Of a DNA stretch of 64,000 bases, positions 36,401-43,583 are shown piece by piece; position 1 is the stretch's first letter; every line of letters starts with the position of its first letter. The stretch is from Veleropilina oligotropha. Taxonomy: Eukaryota. The stretch is taken from the NCBI GenBank assembly GCA_048128005.1, contig JBEUKZ010000077.1, positions 1 to 64,000 of the forward strand. Direction: 5' to 3'. The notes under the pieces are model-generated. The model did no database searches. It was not told where the DNA came from and saw nothing but the letters and a program-made list of their open reading frames with translations. The position numbers and the translations under genes were made by a program.

Positions 36401-38578
36401 ACTAGCTGACATTACTCGCCATAAAGCATGCAGCAGAACATGAACAACTAGCTGACATTACTCACCATAAAGCATGCTGCAGAACATGAACAACTAGCTG
36501 ACATTACTCACCATAAAGCATGCAGCGGAACATGAACAACTAGCTGACATTACTCACCATAAAGCATGCTGCAGAACATGAACAACTAGCTGACATTACT
36601 CACCATAAAGCATGCCGCAGAACATGAACAACTAGCTGACATTACTCACCATAAAGCATGCCGTGGAACATGAACAACTAGCTGACATTACTCACCATAA
36701 AGCATGCCGTGGAACATGAACAACTAGCTGACATTACTCACCATAAAGCATGCAGCGGAACATGAACAACTAGCTGACATTACTCACCATAAAGCATGCA
36801 GCAGAACATGAACAACTAGCTGACATTACTCACCATAAAGCATGCTGCAGAACATGAACAACTAGCTGACATTACTCACCATAAATCATGCCGCAGAACA
36901 TGAACAACTAGCTGACTAAAAACGTTGTGCAACACTCGGCTATAAATAACGCTGAGTCGGCCTCTGTTATAGTTATATTTAATAGATACTCTTGTGATGT
37001 GCATTTCATCATGCAAATGATTTCATGCATTTATTAAATACAAATTTTTGTTTAAGTGAGATGCATCCGCAATAAGAGCACGCACTTTGCCAACGAGCTC
37101 TATAAGAGCATGAAGGGGCTGGGGACGGACGACGACACGCTCGTGCGGATCATGGTCTCCCGCTGCGAGGTCGACATGGTGCAGATCAAGGAGGAATTCC
37201 AGAAGAACTTCAAACAAACGCTGGCCATGTTTATAAATGTATGCATTTTGGTGACTATTTAATATGTTGTACGATATCATAATCCAAACCTAATGTCTAC
37301 ATTCAGGTTTCCTTGGAAGCGCCTGGAATACGTAGCAGAGCAGATGAATATACACCTGCAGTTACCATATATAAAAAATCTGCTGTAGGAGTTAGTAATT
37401 TAATTCTTCACAGTATGGCTAGGCCGCTTCATTAGAATGAAATTTTAGGTCCATCAATACTAATACTTAAAACTGCAATCTCTCTGTCACGTTATGGGCT
37501 AAAAATAGCTTGTGCTACGGGATACAACACTAGTATTTATCATAAAAGACACATCAACCCCTGAACGTTTACCAGTTCGCTCTTCATTGGAATTTGCTGA
37601 GCAGAACCCCTCCAGCAATGTAAAATAACCTACTTTTATCGAATTTTGAAAAAACCCATTTTCGGAAATCATTACATGGCTAGTTTTGATGTATGGCTAT
37701 AATTCATTGTAATTTGTAATAAAATCTACCAAAAACCATATTTTATGACTTTTACGGTTATTTGTAATTTATTATTTTGTTCCTAAATATTCCGACTTTT
37801 ATCAGAAAACAAGCCTTATAATAGTAACATGTATTATCTTAAAACGTAGCATAATACTGCACTGGGCATTGTTAGGAATACAGTATATCGTAGCATAATA
37901 CTGCACTGATTCAAGATTTTACACAAATTGATGAGTATAAAAATGTGTAACTCAAAAAGTGTTGTAGATAACGGTGTGAAATTTTTCATTTGCTTCAATG
38001 CATAATAGGTCACAATTTGCCAGAAGGATTACGATAAATTTTCTAAAAAAAACGATTTTACAAGCATAATGATTTCACATTTTGTGTCATTTTCTATTTA
38101 TGATGCAATAAAATGCTCATAACAATAAAAATAATGTGAATAATGTAAAAATGCTCTGACAAAGTGTGTATTGGATCACTATCAATGATATAAACCAAGA
38201 AACGGAGCAATAACGCATATAGTTAGTGAGAAAAACATTTTTTAGTGACAGTAGGTCATTTTGGTACATATTTTGGTTTACCGTAGCAACCAAAATTATT
38301 TTTTTGCAGCAAAAATATTTTTGATACACATAATTATGACAAGTATAGTTGAAAATTCGATAATATTATGTTATTTTACATTGCTTAACAGCCCCAAAAT
38401 AGTTTTATCAAATTATGGCAAATTGGCATGTTATCTTTTAAAATTCATGCGTATAGAAGTCGGTTCCTTTCTCTAGGATGATGTATCCGGCGATGCCAAA
38501 AAGATGTGCCTGGCCCTGATCGGGGAGCAGCAAGCTGGCGGGAGTAAAGACGAAAAGGCCAAGAAAAAAGGCAAGTAG
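301..38578 (+). CDS. Multi-exon gene: DZANK1-like N-terminus fused to a double (8-repeat) annexin, ~1080 aa
   Basis: Exons 301-412, 754-907, 2526-2676, 2971-3091, 3277-3449, 3953-4100, 6755-6858, 7216-7291, 7854-8008, 8358-8439, 9123-9217, 9759-9872, 10386-10476, 11165-11491, 11776-11957, 15432-15510, 26231-26316, 27407-27488, 27911-28005, 32148-32261, 32508-32598, 33938-34264, 37057-37238, 38477-38578. All introns are GT-AG and phase is continuous (3243 nt incl. stop). Eight annexin repeats carry GxGTD or KKWGTDE motifs. Confidence 0.88.
754..907 (+). CDS. Exon 2: Fn3-associated/chitobiase-C-like domain ([10 protein letters not shown]...[22 protein letters not shown])
   Basis: tttcag acceptor, AG|GTA donor; YxTxDGxxP...Y..P..L....lKAiA pattern. 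Confidence 0.85.
1405..2397 (+). mobile_element. Long-hairpin non-autonomous element, with a second one nested at ~2010-2280
   Basis: Hairpin 1407-1540; inverted repeat tttatcttactttc (1545) / gaaagtaagataaa (2384); nested hairpin 2143-2277. Confidence 0.65.
2526..2676 (+). CDS. Exon 3: [15 protein letters not shown]...KKLKSNST
   Basis: ttcag acceptor, GTAC donor, in phase; completes the Fn3-associated domain. Confidence 0.8.
2971..3091 (+). CDS. Exon 4: KSLTSKK...EALDRT
   Basis: tttgtag acceptor, C|GTAAG donor, phases match both neighbours. Confidence 0.72.
3277..3449 (+). CDS. Exon 5: [22 protein letters not shown]...[11 protein letters not shown]
   Basis: tttcag acceptor, GTATG donor, GC-rich coding composition. 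Confidence 0.78.
3953..4100 (+). CDS. Exon 6: GLNTDNN...[11 protein letters not shown]
   Basis: ttccag acceptor, ACG|GTAAGA donor; directly followed by a 30-bp array of donor copies. Confidence 0.8.
4101..5517 (+). repeat. 30-bp minisatellite (~47 units), gtaagaataatgcggtcagaggtggaaacg
   Basis: Exact 30-bp periodicity starting at the exon 6 donor. Confidence 0.98.
5752..6693 (+). mobile_element. Long-hairpin non-autonomous element
   Basis: Hairpin 5752-5858; inverted repeat tttaatccat / atggattaaa. Confidence 0.65.
6755..6858 (+). CDS. Exon 7: [34 protein letters not shown] (second DZANK1-like block)
   Basis: ttatag acceptor, AAG|GTAAT donor, in phase. Confidence 0.78.
7216..7291 (+). CDS. 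Exon 8: [25 protein letters not shown]
   Basis: ttttcag acceptor, C|GTAAG donor. Confidence 0.78.
7854..8008 (+). CDS. Exon 9: Lys/Glu/Pro-rich linker ending FDMETENLN
   Basis: ttttag acceptor, GTAAGT donor. Confidence 0.8.
8358..8439 (+). CDS. Exon 10: annexin core 1 start ([22 protein letters not shown])
   Basis: Annexin motif; canonical splice sites; 82 nt. Confidence 0.93.
8675..8933 (-). mobile_element. Older diverged SINE (family A-related)
   Basis: gcaggacatgtcc..ttatcgcgggaggaaa..cggacaactgtgatt.ataacttgaa shared with family A. Confidence 0.8.
9123..9217 (+). CDS. Exon 11: annexin repeat 1 ([15 protein letters not shown]...KTMFGK)
   Basis: Annexin motif; 95 nt. Confidence 0.93.
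9581..9732 (-). mobile_element. Short HINE-like element
   Basis: tttttatgcctcc + ccccaatttattgggg hairpin ... ggaggcat..ttctagtt; related short copy at 43603-43685. Confidence 0.55.
9759..9872 (+). CDS. Exon 12: [12 protein letters not shown]...[10 protein letters not shown]
   Basis: Annexin motif; 114 nt. Confidence 0.93.
10386..10476 (+). CDS. Exon 13: [18 protein letters not shown]
   Basis: Annexin repeat 2; 91 nt. Confidence 0.93.
11165..11491 (+). CDS. Exon 14: [15 protein letters not shown]...[14 protein letters not shown]...SELSGD
   Basis: Annexin repeats 2-3; 327 nt. Confidence 0.95.
11776..11957 (+). CDS. Exon 15: [22 protein letters not shown]
   Basis: Annexin repeat 4; 182 nt. 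Confidence 0.95.
12462..12640 (-). mobile_element. SINE remnant whose tRNA head seeded the 56-bp satellite
   Basis: Minus strand reads tggtgtaatg..gagttccagtcc..., with tail gggacgttaaacatcaaaccaaac. Confidence 0.55.
12581..15040. repeat. 56-bp minisatellite (~44 units)
   Basis: gaactcgctacaggcgagcaagtgttgtgtacattacaccaacattgtggccactc. Confidence 0.98.
15432..15510 (+). CDS. Exon 16: [26 protein letters not shown] (end of core 1, no stop)
   Basis: Annexin C-terminal motif runs into a T|GTGAGT donor without a stop codon. Confidence 0.9.
15706..25771. repeat. 29-bp satellite, ~10 kb (~350 units)
   Basis: ccaggcagatgcatacactctacaccgta with recurrent shorter deletion units. Confidence 0.99.
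26231..26316 (+). CDS. Exon 17: inter-core linker SGKAFVEA...VKMETENIQ
   Basis: tttcag acceptor, CAG|GTGC donor; phases join exon 16 to exon 18; METEN motif matches exon 9. Confidence 0.82.
27407..27488 (+). CDS. Exon 18: annexin core 2 start ([23 protein letters not shown])
   Basis: 82 nt, paralogous to exon 10. Confidence 0.93.
27911..28005 (+). CDS. Exon 19: [14 protein letters not shown]...KTMFGK
   Basis: 95 nt, paralogous to exon 11. Confidence 0.93.
28008..29567. repeat. 34-bp minisatellite (~46 units)
   Basis: ggatgtttagctgtgtata(t/a)ctattattattatt, starting at the exon 19 donor. Confidence 0.98.
29583..29868 (-). mobile_element. 3' fragment of the same LINE family
   Basis: Near-identical reverse complement of ~52265-52539, including the (TAT)n tail. 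Confidence 0.9.
29886..30082 (-). mobile_element. Older diverged SINE (family A-related)
   Basis: aatgtcctgtatatttacaac..caggacatgtccatattatcg; B-box-like gattcgaac. Confidence 0.7.
30085..31000 (-). mobile_element. Two tandem copies of a HINE-like element
   Basis: 30085 and 30743 both start ctatgtaatgatgatgtacgtc..cgcagtgaatgttaaagttttt, with (GTCC)n and ~150-bp internal repeats. Confidence 0.55.
31412..31662 (+). mobile_element. tRNA-derived SINE (family A), young copy with TSD
   Basis: A-box-like cggcagcgcaatggg, B box ggttcaatacc; flanked by acatacatactg direct repeats; matches the 46060 and 41709 copies. Confidence 0.88.
32148..32261 (+). CDS. Exon 20: [12 protein letters not shown]...[10 protein letters not shown]
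   Basis: 114 nt, paralogous to exon 12. Confidence 0.93.
32508..32598 (+). CDS. Exon 21: [18 protein letters not shown]
   Basis: 91 nt, paralogous to exon 13. Confidence 0.93.
33938..34264 (+). CDS. Exon 22: [15 protein letters not shown]...[14 protein letters not shown]...SEMSGD
   Basis: 327 nt, paralogous to exon 14. Confidence 0.95.
34281..35540 (-). mobile_element. Long-hairpin non-autonomous element
   Basis: Hairpin 35377-35540; inverted repeat tttctcgcacct / aggtgcgagaaa. Confidence 0.65.
36090..36916. repeat. 46-bp minisatellite (~18 units)
   Basis: gctgacattactcaccataaagcatgccgcagaacatgaacaacta. Confidence 0.97.
37057..37238 (+). CDS. Exon 23: [22 protein letters not shown]
   Basis: 182 nt, paralogous to exon 15. 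Confidence 0.95.
38477..38578 (+). CDS. Exon 24: [16 protein letters not shown]...KAKKKGK* (or spliced at 38570 via a GC donor)
   Basis: ctctag acceptor; annexin C-terminal motif; TAG at 38576-38578. Confidence 0.88.
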   Translation, partial: DDVSGDAKKMCLALIGEQQAGGSKDEKAKKKGK

Positions 38579-38848
38579 GCCTGGTGCCGTGACACAGCCA
38601 CATGACCTGGTTCCGTGACAGAATCACATGACCAAGTCTCAAGACCAAGTCACATGAACCAATAATGTGACAGAGCCACATGACATGATACAATGACACA
38701 GCCACATGTTCAGCAATGGTAGAAAGTCTGCGCAACATTGGTCTAAAAGTAGAATATTACAGTACTGGAATGTCGTGTTTGTAATATCAATTTGAAATAT
38801 TAACTAAACAAAGAGGCATTTATGGTGCTTTCTAAGGCTTGCATTTAG

Positions 38849-39196
38849 ATATATGGGTGCTCTTTCGGTACTTCCCCCACAGCTCCGGCTTTTATCATAT
38901 TTAAGGAGCTCTGGCTTGTATTCGTCTTAAATTTTCACACTCCGCGTATTATCTGCTACTAAAGGCAAATGCAGCTTGCTATAAGATACACGTGATGGGT
39001 ACGTAGTTGTATTGGCTTTACAAACGTATATACACCGGACCGCCCCGTGAGCCTGGACTGATCGAGGTTCACCTGTTGCTAGTCCCCATGGACTTAACAT
39101 TAACGACGCGTCCAAAGTCGGAGATGAAAAACCGGATTTCCAAAGTTGAGTAAAAGCCGGAGCTGTGTGGGAAGTACCGAAAGAGCGCCGATATAT
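38849..39196. mobile_element. MITE with ~45-bp terminal inverted repeats
   Basis: gctctttcggtacttccc..acagctccggctttta / taaaagccggagctgt..gggaagtaccgaaagagc; TA-repeat flanks. Confidence 0.8.
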
Positions 39197-39280
39197 GTTT
39201 GCATGAGATTTATTGATAAGTATAGGTTAAACCACGAGGTTTGGTTGTTTAATCGGAGAAGCCTGCAGTTAAACCGCGCC

Positions 39281-39716
39281 GAGTTGTTTAACTGCACGGG
39301 CTTCTCCGATTAGTTTAACTGCACGGGCTTCTCAGAGTTGTTTAACTGCACAGGCTTCTCCGATTAGTTTAACTGCACGGGCTTCTCCGAGTAGTTTAAC
39401 TGCACAGGCTTCTCCGATTAGTTTAACTGCACGGGCTTCTCCGAGTTGTTTAACTGCACGGGCTTCTCCGATTAGTTTAACTGCACGGGCTTCTCCGAGT
39501 TGTTTAACTGCACGGGCTTCTCCAATTAGTTTAACTGCACGGGCTTCTCCGAGTTGTTTAACTGCACGGGCTTCTCCAATTAGTTTAACTGCACGGGCTT
39601 CTCCGATTAGTTTAACTGCACGGGCTTCTCAGAGTTGTTTAACTGCACAGGCTTCTCCGATTAGTTTAACTGCACGGGCTTCTCCGAGTAGTTTAACTGC
39701 ACAGGCTTCTCCGATT
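39281..39716. repeat. 27-28-bp minisatellite (~16 units) derived from a hairpin arm
   Basis: gtttaactgcacgggcttctccgatta; one inverted unit at 39250-39274. Confidence 0.95.
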
Positions 39717-40147
39717 GATATAAAACCATTGCAGAACTGTAAACTAATTTAAAACATATTATTTCAATAAATTAATAAACTCATTATTACATGTATTAGT
39801 GGTCGAAATCACAATATGGCTAGTTGAGCCACGGGTCAAGACAGTAGAATGACGTCACAAAAATGGTTTAATTAGAAATAATGAATGTATTTTACAAGAT
39901 ATTTCATATGAAGGAAGCATTTAATTAATATTTGAATTTAAACTCTACCAAGACTGAAAACATGCAGGGATAGTGTAAGATGAAGAGATTAGGATAGATG
40001 TCAATATACTACGTTGGAACTGGTGATAATGACATGGATATCTGGTATCTGAATTTGTAGCCAACATGAAATATTCTGATGCAAAGTTTCCAATGGTATT
40101 AAAGTATTAAACTAACCTTTTAATAATAAATTTTTCTTTATTTTCAG

Positions 40148-40161
40148 GATGGTTTTCATAG
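40148..40161 (+). CDS. Candidate terminal exon 25 (..GWFS*), followed by a long 3' UTR
   Basis: AAG|GCAAGT GC-type donor at 38571 and a strong tttttctttattttcag acceptor at 40147 give KKKGWFS*. Confidence 0.6.
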
Positions 40162-41093
40162 GCGATTCCATATGTCCCTTAGTTTATATAACAAAAGAGA
40201 AGAACTTGTATAGATTGGTCAAGAAGGATAGATCCAAGAAATTTTGTCTGACACTTTAACAGCGGGTTCAATATTTTAAATGCAACAATCAATCATGATT
40301 TATCAAAGTAACATGATTTTAATTGCATTTTCTGTAAGTGGTTTAGACGTTGTTTCCCACCTACTGTATGCACTTGCATATGCAGGAGCGAGTTCCAAGT
40401 TACTCGAAACTTCAAATTTGTGAAGATAAAATTCACGAGGTCAATCATTTATCGTGTTTTCCCAACATACCTCCTGCGTTAACATGGATATGTCCTGGTT
40501 TGACCGTAAAAGGTGTGTGAACTTGGCAGCAATCCAAAGAACCAGTCTTTCCCACTATGGACATTTCCAGATGTGACCCTGGCTATTGTTCATGACAAAG
40601 ATATGTGTTCAGTTTCTGATCCCATGATTTACAGTTGAAAATTTCAGAGGCAACGTTTGTGCTCTGCTGTAAATTCACTCTATTGAGGGTGATAGGTATA
40701 ATTTTTTAAGGTATACAAGTCGGTTGGATCACTCGACACCATGTCAATTTTCGAGACAAAATTGATGATCTAGTGGACTGAAAGAAATTACCGATTTGTG
40801 AAAGAGAAATCTGATTTCCAAATATAGTCTATACTCTATATTGCCTTATCAGGTTTTCTGTATTTAAATATTAAACCTCATTCACTTACACTTACTTTAT
40901 AAATTAATACAAATATATCTAAGTTATCCTAGTCTTTTTAAGTTTAATATTTATCTAATTTAGTCAATGTTATAAGTACATATTTAAAAATTGTAGCTAT
41001 TCTAATATAATATTTCAATCATTCTGTAATATGTTGCAGATCTATACATTGTATTTTTACATCTTATTTATTTATTCTCGTACAGTTCATTAC

Positions 41094-41524
41094 AATAAAT
41101 GTATTATTGCTCAATTACTCTTGTATTATATATACTGCCTGAGATAACACATATGAAGTCAATTTTGTTGATACAATAAAGAATATAAAACCCATTTTAC
41201 TCCATGACACAATGTTCAACTGCAGGTTTAGTGGTTAAATATGTAATCATATTAATTTTAATTCATTTGTACTACTTACTATGTATAATAATATCGATTG
41301 GACATTGTCCAGTTTAATTAAAGGGATGTATTTGTAAATGTTGACGTACAAAATCTAAAAGTAAGCTCATTCCGTCCCTTTGTATTAGTTATATTGATTT
41401 ATGTATAGTAAAATGTATATACATGTACATCTAATTTATCTGAATATTGATTATATTACATTGCTAATAAAAGATTAAATTATTTCAACAAACTTGTCAT
41501 TGTTTATCACAATTATTCAATAAA
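41094..41524 (+). promoter_or_regulatory. Cluster of AATAAA polyadenylation signals, candidate 3' end of the annexin gene
   Basis: AATAAA at 41094, 41175, 41466 and 41519 in AT-rich UTR-like sequence. Confidence 0.4.
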
Positions 41525-41708
41525 ATGTTTATGTAAAGATTGAAATCAAAATCAGTCAGTAAAAACTTTGCAGCAAGGAAATAATTGTCAGCCCGCGATC
41601 CTTCACATACAGCTGTTTAACATCTCTATCAAATCAAACTGTTTTATCCAAAGCTCCCTGCTGTTCAAGTTCAGATACTGATAAGATCAACATTGCTCGA
41701 CTTTTGTG

Positions 41709-41967
41709 GTGGAGGAATGATGCTTAATATCCTGTATATTTACAACATCGAGGTTCAAGGTAGGACATGTCCGTGTTATCGCGGGAGGAAACCCTGGTTG
41801 CCCGGGTAAACCCGCCCTCTTCAGCCAGTCGCGGACAACTGTGATTTATAACTTGAACAAATGTCAATGCCTCAGCCAGGTATTGAACCCACCACTGTTC
41901 GCATTAGCTGAATCAAGCCAGAGAATTTAGTCGACACTCTTTACCCACTGCGCTGCCGAAGCGGCCT
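41709..41967 (-). mobile_element. tRNA-derived SINE (family A)
   Basis: Reverse complement of the family; flanked by cgacttttgtg / cgaattttgtg. Confidence 0.88.
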
Positions 41968-41979
41968 CGAATTTTGTGA

Positions 41980-42190
41980 TGATGGATTGATGCTTAATAT
42001 CCTGTATATTCACAACCATCAGGCTCAAGGCAGGTCATGTCCAGATTATTGCAGGAACAAAGCCCGGTCCATCGGGAAACTCACTCTCTTCGGACAGTTA
42101 CGGACAAATGCGATTGATAACTGTTCGTGCAATTGAGTCACTGATTTCAGAGTCAGCACTCGATACCACATGCCTACCTGGGTGGCCACT
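41980..42190 (-). mobile_element. Older diverged SINE (family A-related)
   Basis: Shares gatgcttaatatcctgtatatt..caacc..aggctcaaggcagg.catgtcc and the gtggcc head. Confidence 0.7.
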
Positions 42191-42362
42191 TGACTGTGGT
42201 GATCGGACAAGAACTGAATCGGATGCATTCAATGTTATTCGACAGTAACCTGGTCCCAGCGAATTGAATGAATGAAAACAGACACGTGTATTATTATCCT
42301 CCACATTCATGTGTATGATGCATATTATCCCTCAACGATCTTATTACATACATAATGCATTG

Positions 42363-43583
42363 CTATTCTAAATGTCTATCAACAAGCTTGATACACAAAG
42401 CTTTAAAAAAGGAGTAAAAAGCCTGAAATTCCTTGCCTCCTTCTGTCTGTTGCAGCTTGACTACAACGTTAGTAGCACTAATACTGGTGAAGCAATGCAG
42501 ATCGCACCTGAAGCCCAACACTGTGTTGGATTGGCTCCCATCTTGCTCTATGAGCAGTTCTGAAATGCGCTTCTCTAGCGCAACACCCTCGGAATATCCC
42601 TCATTGAGGACTGTCATCTTAAACTGCTTTCTATTCATCCATGTACTGCGTTTGACTTTGCAAATTAATCTTAAATACACTTGGTTGCATTTCTCGTCTT
42701 TACTCAAATTGCAACTTTCATTATTAAGTTTGCTACGCTTCGCATTTGAATCTTGTATCCCTGTGTTTGATGATAACCGTTTCATGGAACACTGACTACC
42801 TGCTGCATTTATTCCTGAATTAGAAGTCTGATTGGCTGATGAAGTCGCCACATATTTAGATGATTGGTCAACTGATATATTCAGGACTGAACCATTCGTA
42901 TCACTTTCTGAAACAGAATCGTGCTTTACTCTTTCAGTGAAACAAGAGTCACTGGGAATGGATTCTGCTTTCACATCAGACAACTTTGTAGATCCACTGA
43001 CATCATCCGATTCCAGAGCACACTTTTCGTCTACTTTTAATTTTGAAGAGCATACCCCTTTTGAATCCATATCATCTATACTCACGTGATTAGAGGGTTC
43101 ACTTGAACTGGACAGCACAGACCTGTCTTCCAGCGGCAACGATAACAAAGATTTGCCATCCTGGCTGATAAGGTCTGCTGTACAATCCAATACAACTTCA
43201 CATTTGAATAACAACACCGCCTCCAGGATTTTATGAACAAATTTGCAAACACTCTGACACCATGCCCCCTTATAATGTTTCGTTTCTTGAAGAGATATCA
43301 AAAGCTGTTCAGAGAGCATGGAACTTTTCAGAGTTAAAGGAAAGGAGTTCTTATCTTGTGCCACAATCTCTGGTAGCACGGTTCTCCTCTTGAACTCTTC
43401 TGGTATTCTGTCACTGAATAGGTCCAGCAGACCGCCATGCTGATCAGGTGACGCCTGCCATTGCTTGGCCTTGCACGATGCCACATGCAGTTCCTCCACC
43501 AGTGTGCACCTCACCTTCTCATTGACATTGCCTGCCACGTTATGGTTCAACACAAACGGATCCTGGATGTTTATCGGACCAAT
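42363..43583 (-). CDS. TUT1: TUT1 terminal exon (IQDPFVLNHNVAGNV plus long C-terminus)
   Basis: tttcag acceptor; 407 codons to TAG. Confidence 0.9.
   Translation of the reverse strand: MGPINIQDPFVLNHNVAGNVNEKVRCTLVEELHVASCKAKQWQASPDQHGGLLDLFSDRIPEEFKRRTVLPEIVAQDKNSFPLTLKSSMLSEQLLISLQETKHYKGAWCQSVCKFVHKILEAVLLFKCEVVLDCTADLISQDGKSLLSLPLEDRSVLSSSSEPSNHVSIDDMDSKGVCSSKLKVDEKCALESDDVSGSTKLSDVKAESIPSDSCFTERVKHDSVSESDTNGSVLNISVDQSSKYVATSSANQTSNSGINAAGSQCSMKRLSSNTGIQDSNAKRSKLNNESCNLSKDEKCNQVYLRLICKVKRSTWMNRKQFKMTVLNEGYSEGVALEKRISELLIEQDGSQSNTVLGFRCDLHCFTSISATNVVVKLQQTEGGKEFQAFYSFFKALCIKLVDRHLE

Noticed and set aside
8358..38578. Two separate tandem annexin genes, or an ANXA6 ortholog call
   Set aside because: Core 1 has no stop and links in phase through exon 17; the halves look like sisters, so I assigned no symbol
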